DNA of 63,972 nucleotides, counting the filler, from Octopus bimaculoides (taxonomy: Eukaryota), in NCBI RefSeq assembly GCF_001194135.2. It is 7 parts of 6 records of this genome, joined end to end, with 100 filler letters (N's around TTAATTAATTAA, not from the genome) between each part and the next. Parts side by side here need not be neighbours in the genome. Positions count along the whole stretch, not along the records: positions 1 to 15,416 come from NC_068985.1; positions 15,517 to 31,394 come from NC_068985.1; positions 31,495 to 42,621 come from NC_068988.1; 4 more parts are not named here. The stretch is one strand, 5' to 3'. The notes under the pieces were generated by a model. It was not told the origin of the DNA. It saw nothing but the letters and a program-made list of their open reading frames with translations, and made no database searches. Positions 15,034-42,621 of the stretch are shown here, piece by piece. The first letter of the stretch is position 1, and the number at the start of each line of letters is the position of its first letter. Both the position numbers and the translations under genes were made by a program.

Positions 15034-15360
15034 TCTTCTATATATATAAAAATGAGAATGTGTGTCTGTCTGTCTGTCTGTGTGAATCCCTAAAACTCGA
15101 GAACTAAGCAACCAATTTCATTCAAATTTTACACATGCCTTACTTAGGGTTCCAGTTGTGTTTTAGTCAAAACAAAAATATTAACTTCTTGCAGAGTTCG
15201 AGCACACGGCAACATAATATCTCCTCCACTATTTAAGTATTAAGTGTCAAAAGTGAAACAAAAACACTCATGTCAAATACTTTCACTTTAAAAATGAAAC
15301 TATTCCACTAACTGAAACAATCACATTTCGATACTGTAGTGACAGATACTTTCACAGAGA
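15034..15360 (+). mobile_element. Helitron-like non-autonomous element, 5' portion
   Basis: TC..TATATATATAAAA start, then (TGTC)n and CCAATTTCATTCAAATTTT, typical of animal Helitron/HINE-type elements. No 3' CTAG end was found before the gap. Confidence 0.45.
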
Positions 15361-15416
15361 GAGAAAGAGAGAGACAGAAAGAGAGAGAGAGAGATGTATA
15401 TGTATACATATACATG

Positions 15417-15516
15417 NNNNNNNNNNNNNNNNNNNNNNNNNNNNNNNNNNNNNNNNNNNNTTAATTAATTAANNNNNNNNNNNNNNNNNNNNNNNNNNNN
15501 NNNNNNNNNNNNNNNN
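15417..15516. other. Artificial 100-bp scaffold spacer (44 N + TTAATTAATTAA + 44 N)
   Basis: The identical 12-mer lies inside N runs at 15461, 31439, 42666, 50310, 60334 and 62845. It is palindromic and gives stops in all six frames. Confidence 0.95.
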
Positions 15517-15582
15517 CTCTAACAAGCCTTCCTTAATTTTCGATATAATTAACTGTTCATTTCTCGCCAAAATCGAGATTTT

Positions 15583-15972
15583 GTGTCAGTGTTGGCACTC
15601 CGTCGCTTACGACGTCGAGGGATCCAGCTGATAAGATCAACGGAACAACCTGCTCGTGAAATTAACGTGCAAGTGGCTGAGCACTCCACAGACACGTGTA
15701 CCCTTAACGTAGTTCTCGGGGAGATTCAGCGTGACACAGTGTGTGACAAGGCTGGCCATTCGAATTACAGGCACAACAGAAACAGGAAGTAAGAGTGAGA
15801 GGAAGTTGTGGTGAAAGAGTACAGCAGAGTTCGCCACCACCTCCTGCCGGAGCCTCGTGGGGCTTTAAGGTGTTTTCGCTCAATAAACTCTCACAACGCC
15901 CGGTCTGGGAATCGAAACCGCGATCCTATGACCGCGAGTCCGCTGCCCTAACCACTGAGCCATTGCGCATCC
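15583..15972 (-). mobile_element. Composite SINE: family-A 5' half joined to a different 3' module (D)
   Basis: The first ~200 nt match 21004-21195. The remainder (GTTAAGGGTACACGTGTCTGTGGAGTGCTCAGCCACTTGCAC...) matches 52700-52858. Confidence 0.8.
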
Positions 15973-16018
15973 ACTAACAACGAATATACGTATACTAATC
16001 AATATTAATCTCTTTCAG

Positions 16019-29816
<13,798 letters not shown>

Positions 29817-29919
29817 GTAAGTATCAATATGGTTTTCATACTCTCTATTCAGCATTGGGTTCTCTCAATTTTTCCCTAAGCACACACCGTACTACACGAT
29901 ATACATAAGCATACATACA

Positions 29920-29969
<50 letters not shown>

Positions 29970-29978
29970 CATACATAT

Positions 29979-30036
<58 letters not shown>

Positions 30037-30663
30037 NNNNNNNNNNNNNNNNNNNNNNNNNNNNNNNNNNNNNNNNNNNNNNNNNNNNNNNNNNNNNNNN
30101 NNNNNNNNNNNNNNNNNNNNNNNNNNNNNNNNNNNNNNNNNNNNNNNNNNNNNNNNNNNNNNNNNNNNNNNNNNNNNNNNNNNNNNNNNNNNNNNNNNNN
30201 NNNNNNNNNNNNNNNNNNNNNNNNNNNNNNNNNNNNNNNNNNNNNNNNNNNNNNNNNNNNNNNNNNNNNNNNNNNNNNNNNNNNNNNNNNNNNNNNNNNN
30301 NNNNNNNNNNNNNNNNNNNNNNNNNNNNNNNNNNNNNNNNNNNNNNNNNNNNNNNNNNNNNNNNNNNNNNNNNNNNNNNNNNNNNNNNNNNNNNNNNNNN
30401 NNNNNNNNNNNNNNNNNNNNNNNNNNNNNNNNNNNNNNNNNNNNNNNNNNNNNNNNNNNNNNNNNNNNNNNNNNNNNNNNNNNNNNNNNNNNNNNNNNNN
30501 NNNNNNNNNNNNNNNNNNNNNNNNNNNNNNNNNNNNNNNNNNNNNNNNNNNNNNNNNNNNNNNNNAAACGTATATACAAAGAAAAGCACTAGTTTTGTAA
30601 TTTACAAAAATGGAAGTATTCGGCCATGTTTGTTCCAGTTCTAGTTTCTTGCGTTTACACACA

Positions 30664-30716
<53 letters not shown>

Positions 30717-30764
30717 ACACGTGTAACAATGTGTATGCATCCAGGTGTACGTGTGAGTGTAATG

Positions 30765-30795
<31 letters not shown>

Positions 30796-31287
30796 CTGTG
30801 TGTTCATTTTATACATGTATATGTAACTCTGTGTATGTCTGCTATGTTTGCCTCGTTCATTGAAAGTTTTGAGAGGGAAAAGATATCTAAAGTGGATGAA
30901 AGATGATGACGATGATGACGATGATGACGATGACGACGATGACGATGATGACGATGACGACGATGACGATGATGACGATGACGACGATGACGATGATGAC
31001 GATGACGACGATGACGATGATGTTGCAGAATGATTACAGCTTATTGCTATCATCATCATTATCCTTGCATTCAAATTTTTTTGAAATCTGTTATTCTATG
31101 CTTGCGTCGTCTAACCGTGTTCTAGAAAATGCACTCCATGAGATATTGTCACGTGTTTACCCAAAGACGTGTCAGTGAACACATGATGTTCCCACATGTG
31201 TTCTGTTTGAAGACGACACATGTGCTACAAAATATATTTATCTCTATAACAATAAACTTCAAACAAGATTTAATTGATAATTTGGAG

Positions 31288-31318
<31 letters not shown>

Positions 31319-31325
31319 CTTACAT

Positions 31326-31394
<69 letters not shown>

Positions 31395-33610
31395 NNNNNN
31401 NNNNNNNNNNNNNNNNNNNNNNNNNNNNNNNNNNNNNNTTAATTAATTAANNNNNNNNNNNNNNNNNNNNNNNNNNNNNNNNNNNNNNNNNNNNCAACAG
31501 GAATTTCATAACTCCAACTAAAAACATTTGACTCCCCTTACACACACTTCCTGTTTTGACACCACACTTCCTGCTTAACACAAACTTTTAACCCTTTTTT
31601 TAAACCTAACACAATTCTCAATTCTCATGCATCCTTATTTTTCCAACCATTATATACATGAATTACCATTAAACTTCAAAAGCTCAAAGATAATATAATG
31701 TATTGGTACATTTATTTTTTTATATATTATTTTTTTTATATATTATTTTCTTCATTTTGTACTTCTTTGTAAAAAACATTTTCATTCTCCCTCTTCTTGA
31801 AAATTTGCTTTGCAATGAAAGCCAGTTAGAGAAATCTTTATTAAAATATGCTTCCAGTTTAGCATTCAGCCTTATTATTTTTCATTTTCCCATTATTTCT
31901 CCACATGTGGTTAACACAACCCCACTATTTACTGACTTATATATATATACATACATATTTTGCTTTTGTATTTGGTTTGCAAAATTCTTTATGTGAATTC
32001 ATGTGTTGCAGCATATTTTATAATGTCTGGAGAGAGATATTCTGTTTTAGTGCCTTATTAATTAACGTTTGTACAGAGTCCATGTCTCACATGAGTAGAG
32101 GAGCAATGTCAGTACACATGCATGGTACACAGCAACTTTTGTTTGCCTTGCTATGCCATGCTGGGACCAGACACGAGACTGAAGAGACTGGAAGGAATTA
32201 GTTGCTCTCTGCAAACGAGTCCTACAGAATAAGTACCAGACTTAGAAAAAAACAAAGTACTGAGGTTGATTCATTTGACTAAAAATCTTTAAGGTGGAGC
32301 TCCAGCATGACCACAGTCTAATGACTGAAACATGTAAAATAATAAAAGAATACGTATTCATTTGTTTCCATTGGTTTATCCGATAATTGAATGACTACAC
32401 ATCTCTGAGGAGAACTACTAAGATCAAAACAGACCCCTGACCAAAAGCATTCCAAGCATGGCCACTCCATCTTAATTCGAGGCTTTACACATCACATTTA
32501 ACACCATTTCATCCACTGTATCACTCTTTTTCAAGACAGCAAGGTGTAATTTCAAAGCAATTTGGTTGCTCTTTCTAGCAAGTCTAGAAACTTGTTTGTA
32601 TTGATGGGTGTTGATTAGATACAATCTCCTCATAAGACTTACTGCAACAGACTTAAAATAAAATTGCATTCAATCAATTTCAAAGTTTTCAGTTCTTGTG
32701 TAACTTAACCGATAGAGCACTGCAAATAATTACATATGACAGCTCGACATGTTGCTGGTGTGCAGATGTCCTACAGTAATGTACTGCTTAACTAAATAGA
32801 TGTTTTCATGCAGTCAAAACTGTCACTCAACTTGATGGATTTTTTTTCTCCCTTCATTAAACTTCTGTTCAATGCTCATTGTCAGTATTCCCGAAAGATT
32901 TAACAAGAAATTTCAGATTCTGATACTACAAGAGTCCAGGAAGACACTAAGCCATTTTGGTAAATAGCAGTAACATATATTACTAAGTTAACTGCAGAAG
33001 TAAAGAATTATAACTTCAACCAAGACTGACAATAAAATTAACTCTTAATCACTCTTGCAGTTAGCAATATAAATTCATCTACATATAAGTCTTTTTTTAT
33101 ATATNNNNNNNNNNNNNNNNNNNNNNNNNNNNNNNNNNNNNNNNNNNNNNNNNNNNNNNNNNNNNNNNNNNNNNNNNNNNNNNNNNNNNNNNNNNNNNNN
33201 NNNNNNNNNNNNNNNNNNNNNNNNNNNNNNNNNNNNNNNNNNNNNNNNNNNNNNNNNNNNNNNNNNNNNNNNNNNNNNNNNNNNNNNNNNNNNNNNNNNN
33301 NNNNNNNNNNNNNNNNNNNNNNNNNNNNNNNNNNNNNNNNNNNNNNNNNNNNNNNNNNNNNNNNNNNNNNNNNNNNNNNNNNNNNNNNNNNNNNNNNNNN
33401 NNNNNNNNNNNNNNNNNNNNNGGAGTGGTTGTGTAGTAAGAAGCTTGCTTCCCAACCACATGGTTCCGGGTTCAGTCCCATTGTGTGGCACCTTCGACAA
33501 GTGTCTTCTACTATAGCCTCAGGCCGACCAAAGCCTTGTGAGTGGATTAGGTAGACAGAAACTGAAAGCCCATCGTATGTGTGTGTGTGTATGTGTATAT
33601 ATATATATAC

Positions 33611-33658
<48 letters not shown>

Positions 33659-34918
33659 TTTTGTATTTGTACCCCATCATCGCTTGACAACCGATGTTGG
33701 TGTGTTTATGTCCTCAGTAACTTCACAGTTCAAGAGAGACCGGTTGAATAATTACTAGGCTTACAAAGAATAAGTCCTGGGGTCGATTTGTTTGACTAAA
33801 GGCAGTGCTGCAGCATGACCACAGCCAAATGACTGGAACAAGTAAAAGAATAAAAGAATACATACATACATTTACACACATAAACCTTCATTTTATAAAC
33901 ACACACACACACAGAACTTACAGCTCTTGTACCCTGGGTGTGTATCTACATTTATAAACAAATAAGCAGGTACTGGCACCATGTAAAATGTACCCGATAT
34001 GCTCTGTAAAGTGCTTAGTGTTAGGAAGGGCTTCCAGCCATAGGAGCCATGCCAAAACAGGCAATTGAAGCCTGGTGCAGCCTAGCACCTCTTTTATCAA
34101 ACCAGAGGCTGTAAACAAACCAGCACTGACTGTCAAGCAGAAGGGGGTAGACAAATACATACACACACAGCACATATGTATATAATGGGTTTCTGGGCTT
34201 CCACACAGTTTCCATCAACCAGATTCATTCATAAGGAACTGGAAGGCCCAGGGCCATAGTAGTGAACATGGTTGCAATGTGAGTTTCTTACCACACAGCC
34301 AGGCCTGCACCTACATATATTGATGATGATATATATTTATCTCACACATACACACGCACACACACAGAGGCATTTGCAATTGTGTGTAATGAAGTGCAAA
34401 TGAGGTTGTGTGCGTTTGGGAAAGGTTGATGATTCACCCTGTCACTAAAAGTTTCTCAGTCTTTGATTGTTCAGATGACAAATTTCATGTTTTGTCGCCT
34501 GAACGATCACATGCAACAAGAAACAAAGTAGAGATGGAGTGAAGCATGAGTAATTTTCTGAATAAACAAAACTACTACATTCACAGAGTCTTCTTTATCT
34601 CCCACAAACATGTAACCCCACAAACATGATCGTTTGTGTGTGTGTGTGTGTGTCTGTGTGTGTGAGTTTTAAAAATGGGAGGACATGATAGTGAATATAT
34701 GGAGCCAAGGTTATTCATTAATTCAAATGATGGTGTTTTATTGTCTCCAATTCTAATACAAAAAGAAATACGTGTAACAGACATGGCTGCTTGTTTGAGG
34801 AGCTCACTTGGCAACTATGTGGTTTCAGATGTGGCACCTTGGACGAGTGTCTTCTGCTGCAGCCCAAAGCCAACTTATTTTGCATGTGGATTTGGTAAAC
34901 CGAAATTATGTGGAAAGT

Positions 34919-34966
<48 letters not shown>

Positions 34967-35244
34967 TAAATCTCTGAACGAGGTATTAACAGTAACTGCA
35001 CGATAAGGTGAAGTATATTTGCCACTTAAATGTGGATGACCCCTAAGGGTNNNNNNNNNNNNNNNNNNNNNNNNNNNNNNNNNNNNNNNNNNNNNNNNNN
35101 NNNNNNNNNNNNNNNNNNNNNNNNNNNNNNNNNNNNNNNNNNNNNNNNNNNNNNNNNNNNNNNNNNNNNNNNNNNNNNNNNNNNNNNNNNNNNNNNNNNN
35201 NNNNNNNGCATGTGGATTTGGTAAACCGAAATTATGTGGAAAGT

Positions 35245-35289
<45 letters not shown>

Positions 35290-36169
35290 AAAAATGAAAA
35301 AAAAATATAAAACGGAATCTATAAAAAATTGTTGTCTTAGTGTAGCAAAAGCACAAATCAAAGCAATCGGGGCATACCAGCTCTCAGAAAGCCCTTAGGA
35401 AAGAAATTAAAAAACAACCCGCTGGTGGGGTCAGGCAGGACTCACTAACATACCACTATGACGCATCGACAGAACATGTGGGAGCCAACATGTTAAAAAA
35501 AAGCTAGAACTGTTATCTCACTGGGCAAAATGCTTAGCAGCATTTCTTTTGGCTTTATGTTCTGAGATCAAATGGCGCCAAGTTCAACAGGACTCTATAG
35601 ACGTGGTGCTTAAGGACTGTATCCACAAAACCCTGCCAAAAAATAATGGGCAGTGAAGATAGATGGATATCTCTAATCTTTTATCCTTTGCTGGTTTGAA
35701 CCAGAGGCTGAGGCCATGCTGGAGCACCACCTTTCAGCATGATTGGGCTTCTGTACCGTTTCCAGTGAAGTGGCAAGCTGGACAGAACCGTTCTTCTTTG
35801 TGCCTCCTGCTATGATGTGGGTTTGTCTGGTATCTCAGGTAAAAATTTGTCCCAACATTCTTTTTGAAGACCACATCTACACCTCACAAATCTCTGAAGT
35901 TGTGTGTCCCAGGGTGGCAGAAGCCAAATGACTGAAACAAGTGACATGAAATAAAAGAATGTGTATGGACGTGCAGTATTCTTCATTAGAAGCCAAAGTT
36001 TCAAACAAGCAATAGAAATTCTATATGGATGACATAGCATTCCAAAATTTCCAAATGGAAATTCTTTTGAATTCAGTAACAGTTCGTTCCCACATGTAAT
36101 TACGCAAATATATACAGAAATAAACAAAATATACACAGAGAGAGAGAGAGAGAACGTCAGCAAAAGAGA

Positions 36170-37480
36170 AACGGAGAGATAGAAGAGAATGAAAGAGAGA
36201 GGAGAATGAGAGAGAGAGGAGAGAGAGAGAGATGAGAATGAGAGAGAGAGAGAGAGAGAGAGGAGAATGAGAGAGAGAGGAGAGAGAGAGGAGAATGAGA
36301 GAGAGAAAGGAGAATGAGAGAGAGAGGAGAATGAGAGAGAGAGAGGAGAATGAGAGAGAGAGAGAGGAGAATGAGAGAGAGAGAGAGGAGAATGAGAGAN
36401 NNNNNNNNNNNNNNNNNNNNNNNNNNNNNNNNNNNNNNNNNNNNNNNNNNNNNNNNNNNNNNNNNNNNNNNNNNNNNNNNNNNNNNNNNNNNNNNNNNNN
36501 NNNNNNNNNNNNNNNNNNNNNNNNNNNNNNNNNNNNNNNNNNNNNNNNNNNNNNNNNNNNNNNNNNNNNNNNNNNNNNNNNNNNNNNNNNNNNNNNNNNN
36601 NNNNNNNNNNNNNNNNNNNNNNNNNNNNNNNNNNNNNNNNNNNNNNNNNNNNNNNNNNNNNNNNNNNNNNNNNNNNNNNNNNNNNNNNNNNNNNNNNNNN
36701 NNNNNNNNNNNNNNNNNNNNNNNNNNNNNNNNNNNNNNNNNNNNNNNNNNNNNNNNNNNNNNNNNNNNNNNNNNNNNNNNNNNNNNNNNNNNNNNNNNNN
36801 NNNNNNNNNNNNNNNNNNNNNNNNNNNNNNNNNNNNNNNNNNNNNNNNNNNNNNNNNNNNNNNNNNNNNNNNNNNNNNNNNNNNNNNNNNNNNNNNNNNN
36901 NNNNNNNNNNNNNNNNNNNNNNNNNNNNNNNNNNNNNNNNNNNNNNNNNNNNNNNNNNNNNNNNNNNNNNNNNNNNNNNNNNNNNNNNNNNNNNNNNNNN
37001 NNNNNNNNNNNNNNNNNNNNNNNNNNNNNNNNNNNNNNNNNNNNNNNNNNNNNNNNNNNNNNNNNNNNNNNNNNNNNNNNNNNNNNNNNNNNNNNNNNNN
37101 NNNNNNNNNNNNNNNNNNNNNNNNNNNNNNNNNNNNNNNNNNNNNNNNNNNNNNNNNNNNNNNNNNNNNNNNNNNNNNNNNNNNNNNNNNNNNNNNNNNN
37201 NNNNNNNNNNNNNNNNNNNNNNNNNNNNNNNNNNNNNNNNNNNNNNNNNNNNNNNNNNNNNNNNNNNNNAGAGAGAGGAGAATGAGAGAGAGAGAGAGGA
37301 GAATGAGAGAGAGAGAGAGGAGAATGAGAGAGAGAGAGAGGAGAATGAGAGAGAGAGAGAGGAGAATGAGAGAAAGAGAGAGGAGAATGAGAGAAAGAGA
37401 GGAGAATGAGAGAGAGATAGAGGAGAATGAGAGAGAGATAGAGGAGAATGAGAGAGAGAGAGTGTGTGTGTGTGTCAATG
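36170..37480. repeat. Purine-rich minisatellite (GAGAGAGAGAGGAGAAT)n spanning a gap
   Basis: Units visible on both sides of the N run. Confidence 0.85.
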
Positions 37481-38142
37481 AGAAAGATAGAGAGAGAGAA
37501 TCAGTACCAAAGAGAGAGAGAGAGAGGTAAATAGAATGTCTGCATTGTACATAGAAGATCTCCTATATTTCCAGGAACCAACAAATGATCCAGAAACAAC
37601 AGAAAAATCAATTAAATATTTCCAACACTTCACAGTCAAAATCAACTCCAGCAAACTTCATGTAACGAACGCACACAACTCCATACATATGGCAATGATG
37701 TAGAAATAGGTGTGGTCTCAGATGAGGCTGACTAACTAATCGCAAGTGTGCTGACATATTTACTAGAAGTTACATGGGACTGTTGTGACCTGCTCATTTA
37801 GGGAACGCCTTAGTTTAGGAAAACGGTCATTTGTTCTATAGCTTATTGTAGGTACCAAGGTCAAACTGCCATGAGGTAAAAGAACCAGACTAAATTTCAT
37901 TTTGTCTCCATTGTTCAACATCTTAAGTATCAATGATGCCTTTATATGGTTACACAATCAGCTAGAAACAGCAGCAAAATCTTCCTCAGGCATTGCTGTG
38001 AGGTGAGAAATTTGCTTCCCAACCATATGGTTCCAGGTTCAGTCCCATTGTGTGGCATCTTGGGCAAATGTCTTCTACCCTAGCCTCTGGCTGACCAAAG
38101 CCTTCTGAGTGGATTTGGTAGATGGAAACTGAAAGAAGTTTG

Positions 38143-38179
<37 letters not shown>

Positions 38180-41100
38180 TGTCCCATACCACGTCATGAC
38201 AACCGGTGTCGGTGTGTTTACATCCCTGTAACTTTACAGTTCGCCAAAAGAGACCAGCAGAATACATACCAGGATCATAAAAAAAAGTACCGGGGTCAAT
38301 TAATTCAACTAAAATTCATCAAGGTGGTGCCCCAGCATGGCCACAGTCTAATGACTGAAACAAGTAAAAGATAAAAGAAAGAGGTATATTGTTTTATTAA
38401 AAGCACTGCCTTCATGGATGTAGTCACTTACATTGATTTCAGGACTTAGTCCTGTTGGCTACTTATTTTATCAATCTACATTTGTCAAATCGCTTCGTTA
38501 TACTTTTTTTAGTAGAAGTCTAAGTCGCTTGGCTACTGAGGACAAGGTTGGACAATCGCTGTGGTGATGATTCTTATTGAACCAGGAACATGCATCTATG
38601 ACAGACCCCTTATATCCAGACAATAAGCCTGTCCTTTTCCTTAATGTTCGATCAATTTTAGAGATTTCTTGATTCTTGAGATTATCTCCCCATCCCAAGT
38701 GGAACTGGTCTTCATTACCATTTAGTACTTATGATACATGCTCTAGAGGTGGAGATAATTTTAATAAATGAAGACTTTATGTTGTATGGTATTTGATACA
38801 CCTGTATTTGTTTATGTTGCTTCAATACATGCCCCTGACCACTCCGAGTTATTTTCCACTTAATCCATTTATGTTTAAATTATGCATAAAACTATTCCAA
38901 AGAACGTAGTGTACTTAAAATTCTGGCTTCCTGCAAATGCTCCAGAAATATCACCATTACGTACATTTACATATTGATTTCACAGACAGGATAAGATCGA
39001 GTTCTTCCTTATATCTTTCTCATGTAGCAAAAACCATTTACAGGATGCTTTTTGGTTGTGCTAATAGGTAATTAGCTCTCTCTTCGTTATATATTTACCT
39101 ACAAGTATTTTTAACGCCAGTGCACATTCCCAACCTGTACCCAAATCTTTTTGTGGCTTCTACACCGATTCTGCAATGAAAGCCATGCTATGAGGCAGGC
39201 ATTACGTTCCTAACAGCACGTACTAAAAGGAGAGGTTTTATATTACGTTTCCACGGTAACCATCATTAGCTTCAACTCCTGCCCTCATCAACTTTGCTGT
39301 TAATCTCTCACATGTTGAGAGAAAGGGTACTTTTATCTTTTACTTGTTTCAGTTATTAGACTTGTGGCCATGCTGGGGCACCGCCTTTAAGGGTTTTAGT
39401 CAAGCAAATTGAGCCCAGTTCTTATATTTTTAAAGCCTTATACTTAGTCTATTGGTCTCTTTTGCTAAACCACTAACTTACAGGGAAATAAACACACCAA
39501 CACTGGTTACCAAGTGGTGGAGGAGGGAAAGACACACACACACACACACATTAATATATGCATAGACACACACATATACAATAAGCTTCCACACAATTTC
39601 CATCCATCAAGTTCACACAAGGAATTGACCAGTCTGGTACTGTAGCAGAAGACACTTACCCAAGGTGCTGTGCAGTGGGACTGAACCCATAAACCACATG
39701 GCTGCAAAGCAGGCTTCTTAATCACACACCCATGTCTGAACTTATACATGTTTATTCAATTAACCAGGCTCCTCCTCACTCCAAATATTTTGCCATGTGA
39801 TAATGAAAATTATAATTATTATTATCAATATTAATAATAGTTAGCAGGATAAGATATAAAAGGGGGTGTTTAAGTGCTCGTACAGGAAACCTAACTGTTT
39901 GTGCTTAAGGCCTCAACTTCCAATTCACAATAATTATTATCATCATTATTAAAGAATGATGAGATATAATTCTCATTATTTTAATTATTATTAATATTAT
40001 TATTGTTATTGTTAACGTACTATATGACTGCAATGAGTCAAAAAAAAATGCCAGATGTTATTAAGAACGTCTAACAGTCTAATAACAAAAATAAAATTCA
40101 GTTTCGTGTAATCTCTAACTAGGTTAGCCAGCAGTCTGAAAAAAAACCAAGATTCTCTTTTAAAGAATTATGTTTTGCTAATAAGATTTGAAACAAATTG
40201 TTTTGTATCTTTTTATATAAATTGTCTTAAGTTTTGCAGGGGAAAAAAAATCTTATACAGAAGGTTATTGTTGAAATAAAAAGTCTACCAACCAAACCAG
40301 CATCATCATGAACAGAAAAAGACATATATGTATAGATAAATGTAACGTGTGTGTGTGTGTGTGTGTGTGTGTATTCATTGTTTAACATCAGTTTTCCATG
40401 CTGGCATGGGTTGGATGGTTTGACAGGAGCTGGTAAACCAGAGGATTGTGCCAAGGTCTATTGTCTGCTTTGGCAAGATTTCTGTGGCTGGATGCCTTTC
40501 CTAATGCCAACCACTTTATTTTATGAGGGGTTAGGGTTAGGGTTAGCAACTTAGCAACATTTTATTTGTCTTTACATCCTGGGTTCAAATCCTGCCAAGG
40601 TCGACTTTGTCTTTCATCCTTTCAGGGTTGATCAAATAAGTACCAGTTGAGCCCTGTGGGTCAATGTAATCAACAAACCCCTCCCATAACATTTCAGGCC
40701 TTGTACCTATAACAGAAAGGGTTATTATTCAGGTAACCATGTTTTTAGCATCATCATCACCATTGTCATTATCTTCCTTCTTCATTCAACAAGACTCCTG
40801 AGTAACAATGTTTTCACATGCTCACATACAGCTACAGGAATGGTTGTGTGGATACGGAGTTTGTTTTGTAACCTCGTGGTTTCGGGTTCAATCTCGTAGC
40901 ATGTCACTTTGGGCAAGTGTCTTTTACTGTAGCTTCAAACCAATCAATACCTTGTGTGTGAAAGTAGTAAGTAGAAACTGCATAGAAGCCAGTTGTGTGT
41001 GTTTACGTGCATGCACACGTCTAAGTATGTGTGTGTGTGTTTGCTTCTGTGAGAATGTTGACATTCTTTGTCAATAAACCATTGTCATTGTCTGGCTTTG

Positions 41101-42246
41101 CACTTTCAAAGACAAGTGAAATAATAAAAAGAAATGCTTTACTTAAAAAAGATGAGGTTTAGTGACAGGAATGGCAAGCAACCATTGCAGAGCAAGGTGT
41201 CAATAACAACCATAAAGCCCAACCCAGGATAGAAGTAGGGAAAAAAATATATAGATGTATGTATATGGAATGAGTTAACAAATGTGTGAGTGAGTGTGTG
41301 GTGTATGTTTGAGTGTGTGGTGTATGTGTGAGTGTGTGTTGTGAGAGAGAGAGAGAGAGAGAGGAGGGGAAGAGAAAGAGAGAGGGGAGGGGAGAAAAAG
41401 ACAGAGAAAGAGAGAGAGAGAAAGAGAAAGAGAGAGAGAAAGAGAAAGAGAGAAAGAGAAAGAGAGAGAAAGAAAGAAAGAGAAAGAGAGAGGGAGAGAG
41501 AGAGAAAGAGAGAGAGCTGGTGTGTGTGTGTCTGAGAGCTGGTGTATGAGTTGGTGTGTGTGTGTGTGTGTGTGTGTGTGAGTGTGTATGCGTGTATGTG
41601 TGTGTGTGTGTGTTTATGAGTGAGTGTGTATGTGTGTGTATGAGTGAGTGTGTGTGTGAGTGAATGTGTGTGTGTGATCGATCATTTGTGTGTATGTGAG
41701 TTTGAATGAGGAAGTGTACGTGCATGCATGCAGGTGCACATGTAAAACTACAAAAGCAATGCCATAAAACGGCATTAAGTTTTCAGTGATTAGGGATTGC
41801 GTACTTTCATACAGAGAAGAAAAAAAAAGAAGTACAGAAAACTATTTCGTCTAATACACTTCAAAGTATATCTGAAAACAAAATTGATTTCTTTCTTTTT
41901 TTTTTTTTTTAACTATTCAGAGTTACACTCATAAAATTCATGATTTTCATTCAAACCCACAACACCCCACTGCCATTAAAAAAAAATTATTTATATATTA
42001 GTTATATATTTATTCTATTTGACTGTGGCCATGCTGGAGCACCGCCTTTAGTCAAACAAATCGACCCCAGGACTTATTCTTTGTAAGCCTAGTACTTATT
42101 CCATCGCTCTCTTTCATCGAACTGCTAAGTTACGAGGACATGAACACACCAACATTGGTTGTCAAGTGATGGTGGGGGGACAAACACAGACAAATAACAA
42201 ACACATAAATACATATATACATACATGTATATATATATATATATAT

Positions 42247-42621
42247 AGGGAGCAAATCAATTTAGATGAGATGCAGTTTGGGTTCGTGCCAGGTAAAAGC
42301 ACTACTGATGCCTTATTTCTAGTGAGACAGTTGCAGGAGAAATACCTAGCTAAGGATAAACCTCTGTACCTGGCTTTCGTTGACATGGAGAAAGCCTTTG
42401 ACAGGGTCCCCCGATCCCTTATCTGGTGGTCAATGAGGAAACTTGGGATAGAAGAATGGTTAGTGAGAGCTGTGCGAGCCATGTACAGAGATGCTGCCAG
42501 TAAGGTGAGGGTTGGAAATGAGTACAGCAATGAATTCCGGGTAGAGGTAGGGGTCCACCAAGGTTCCGTCCTCAGCCCCCTATTATTTACCATAGTCCTC
42601 CAGGCAATCACAGAGGAGTTC
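42247..42621 (+). mobile_element. RTE-clade non-LTR (LINE) reverse transcriptase fragment, cut off by a scaffold spacer
   Basis: Stop-free QFGFVPGKSTTDALF..RQLQEK...LYLAFVDMEKAFDRVPR..IWW.MRKLG...GVHQGSVLSPLLF. Confidence 0.93.

Noticed and set aside
34882-35290. Direct repeat GCATGTGGATTTGGTAAACCGAAATTATGTGGAAAGTG...(TA)n on both sides of a gap
   Set aside because: Most likely an assembly overlap artefact at a TA microsatellite
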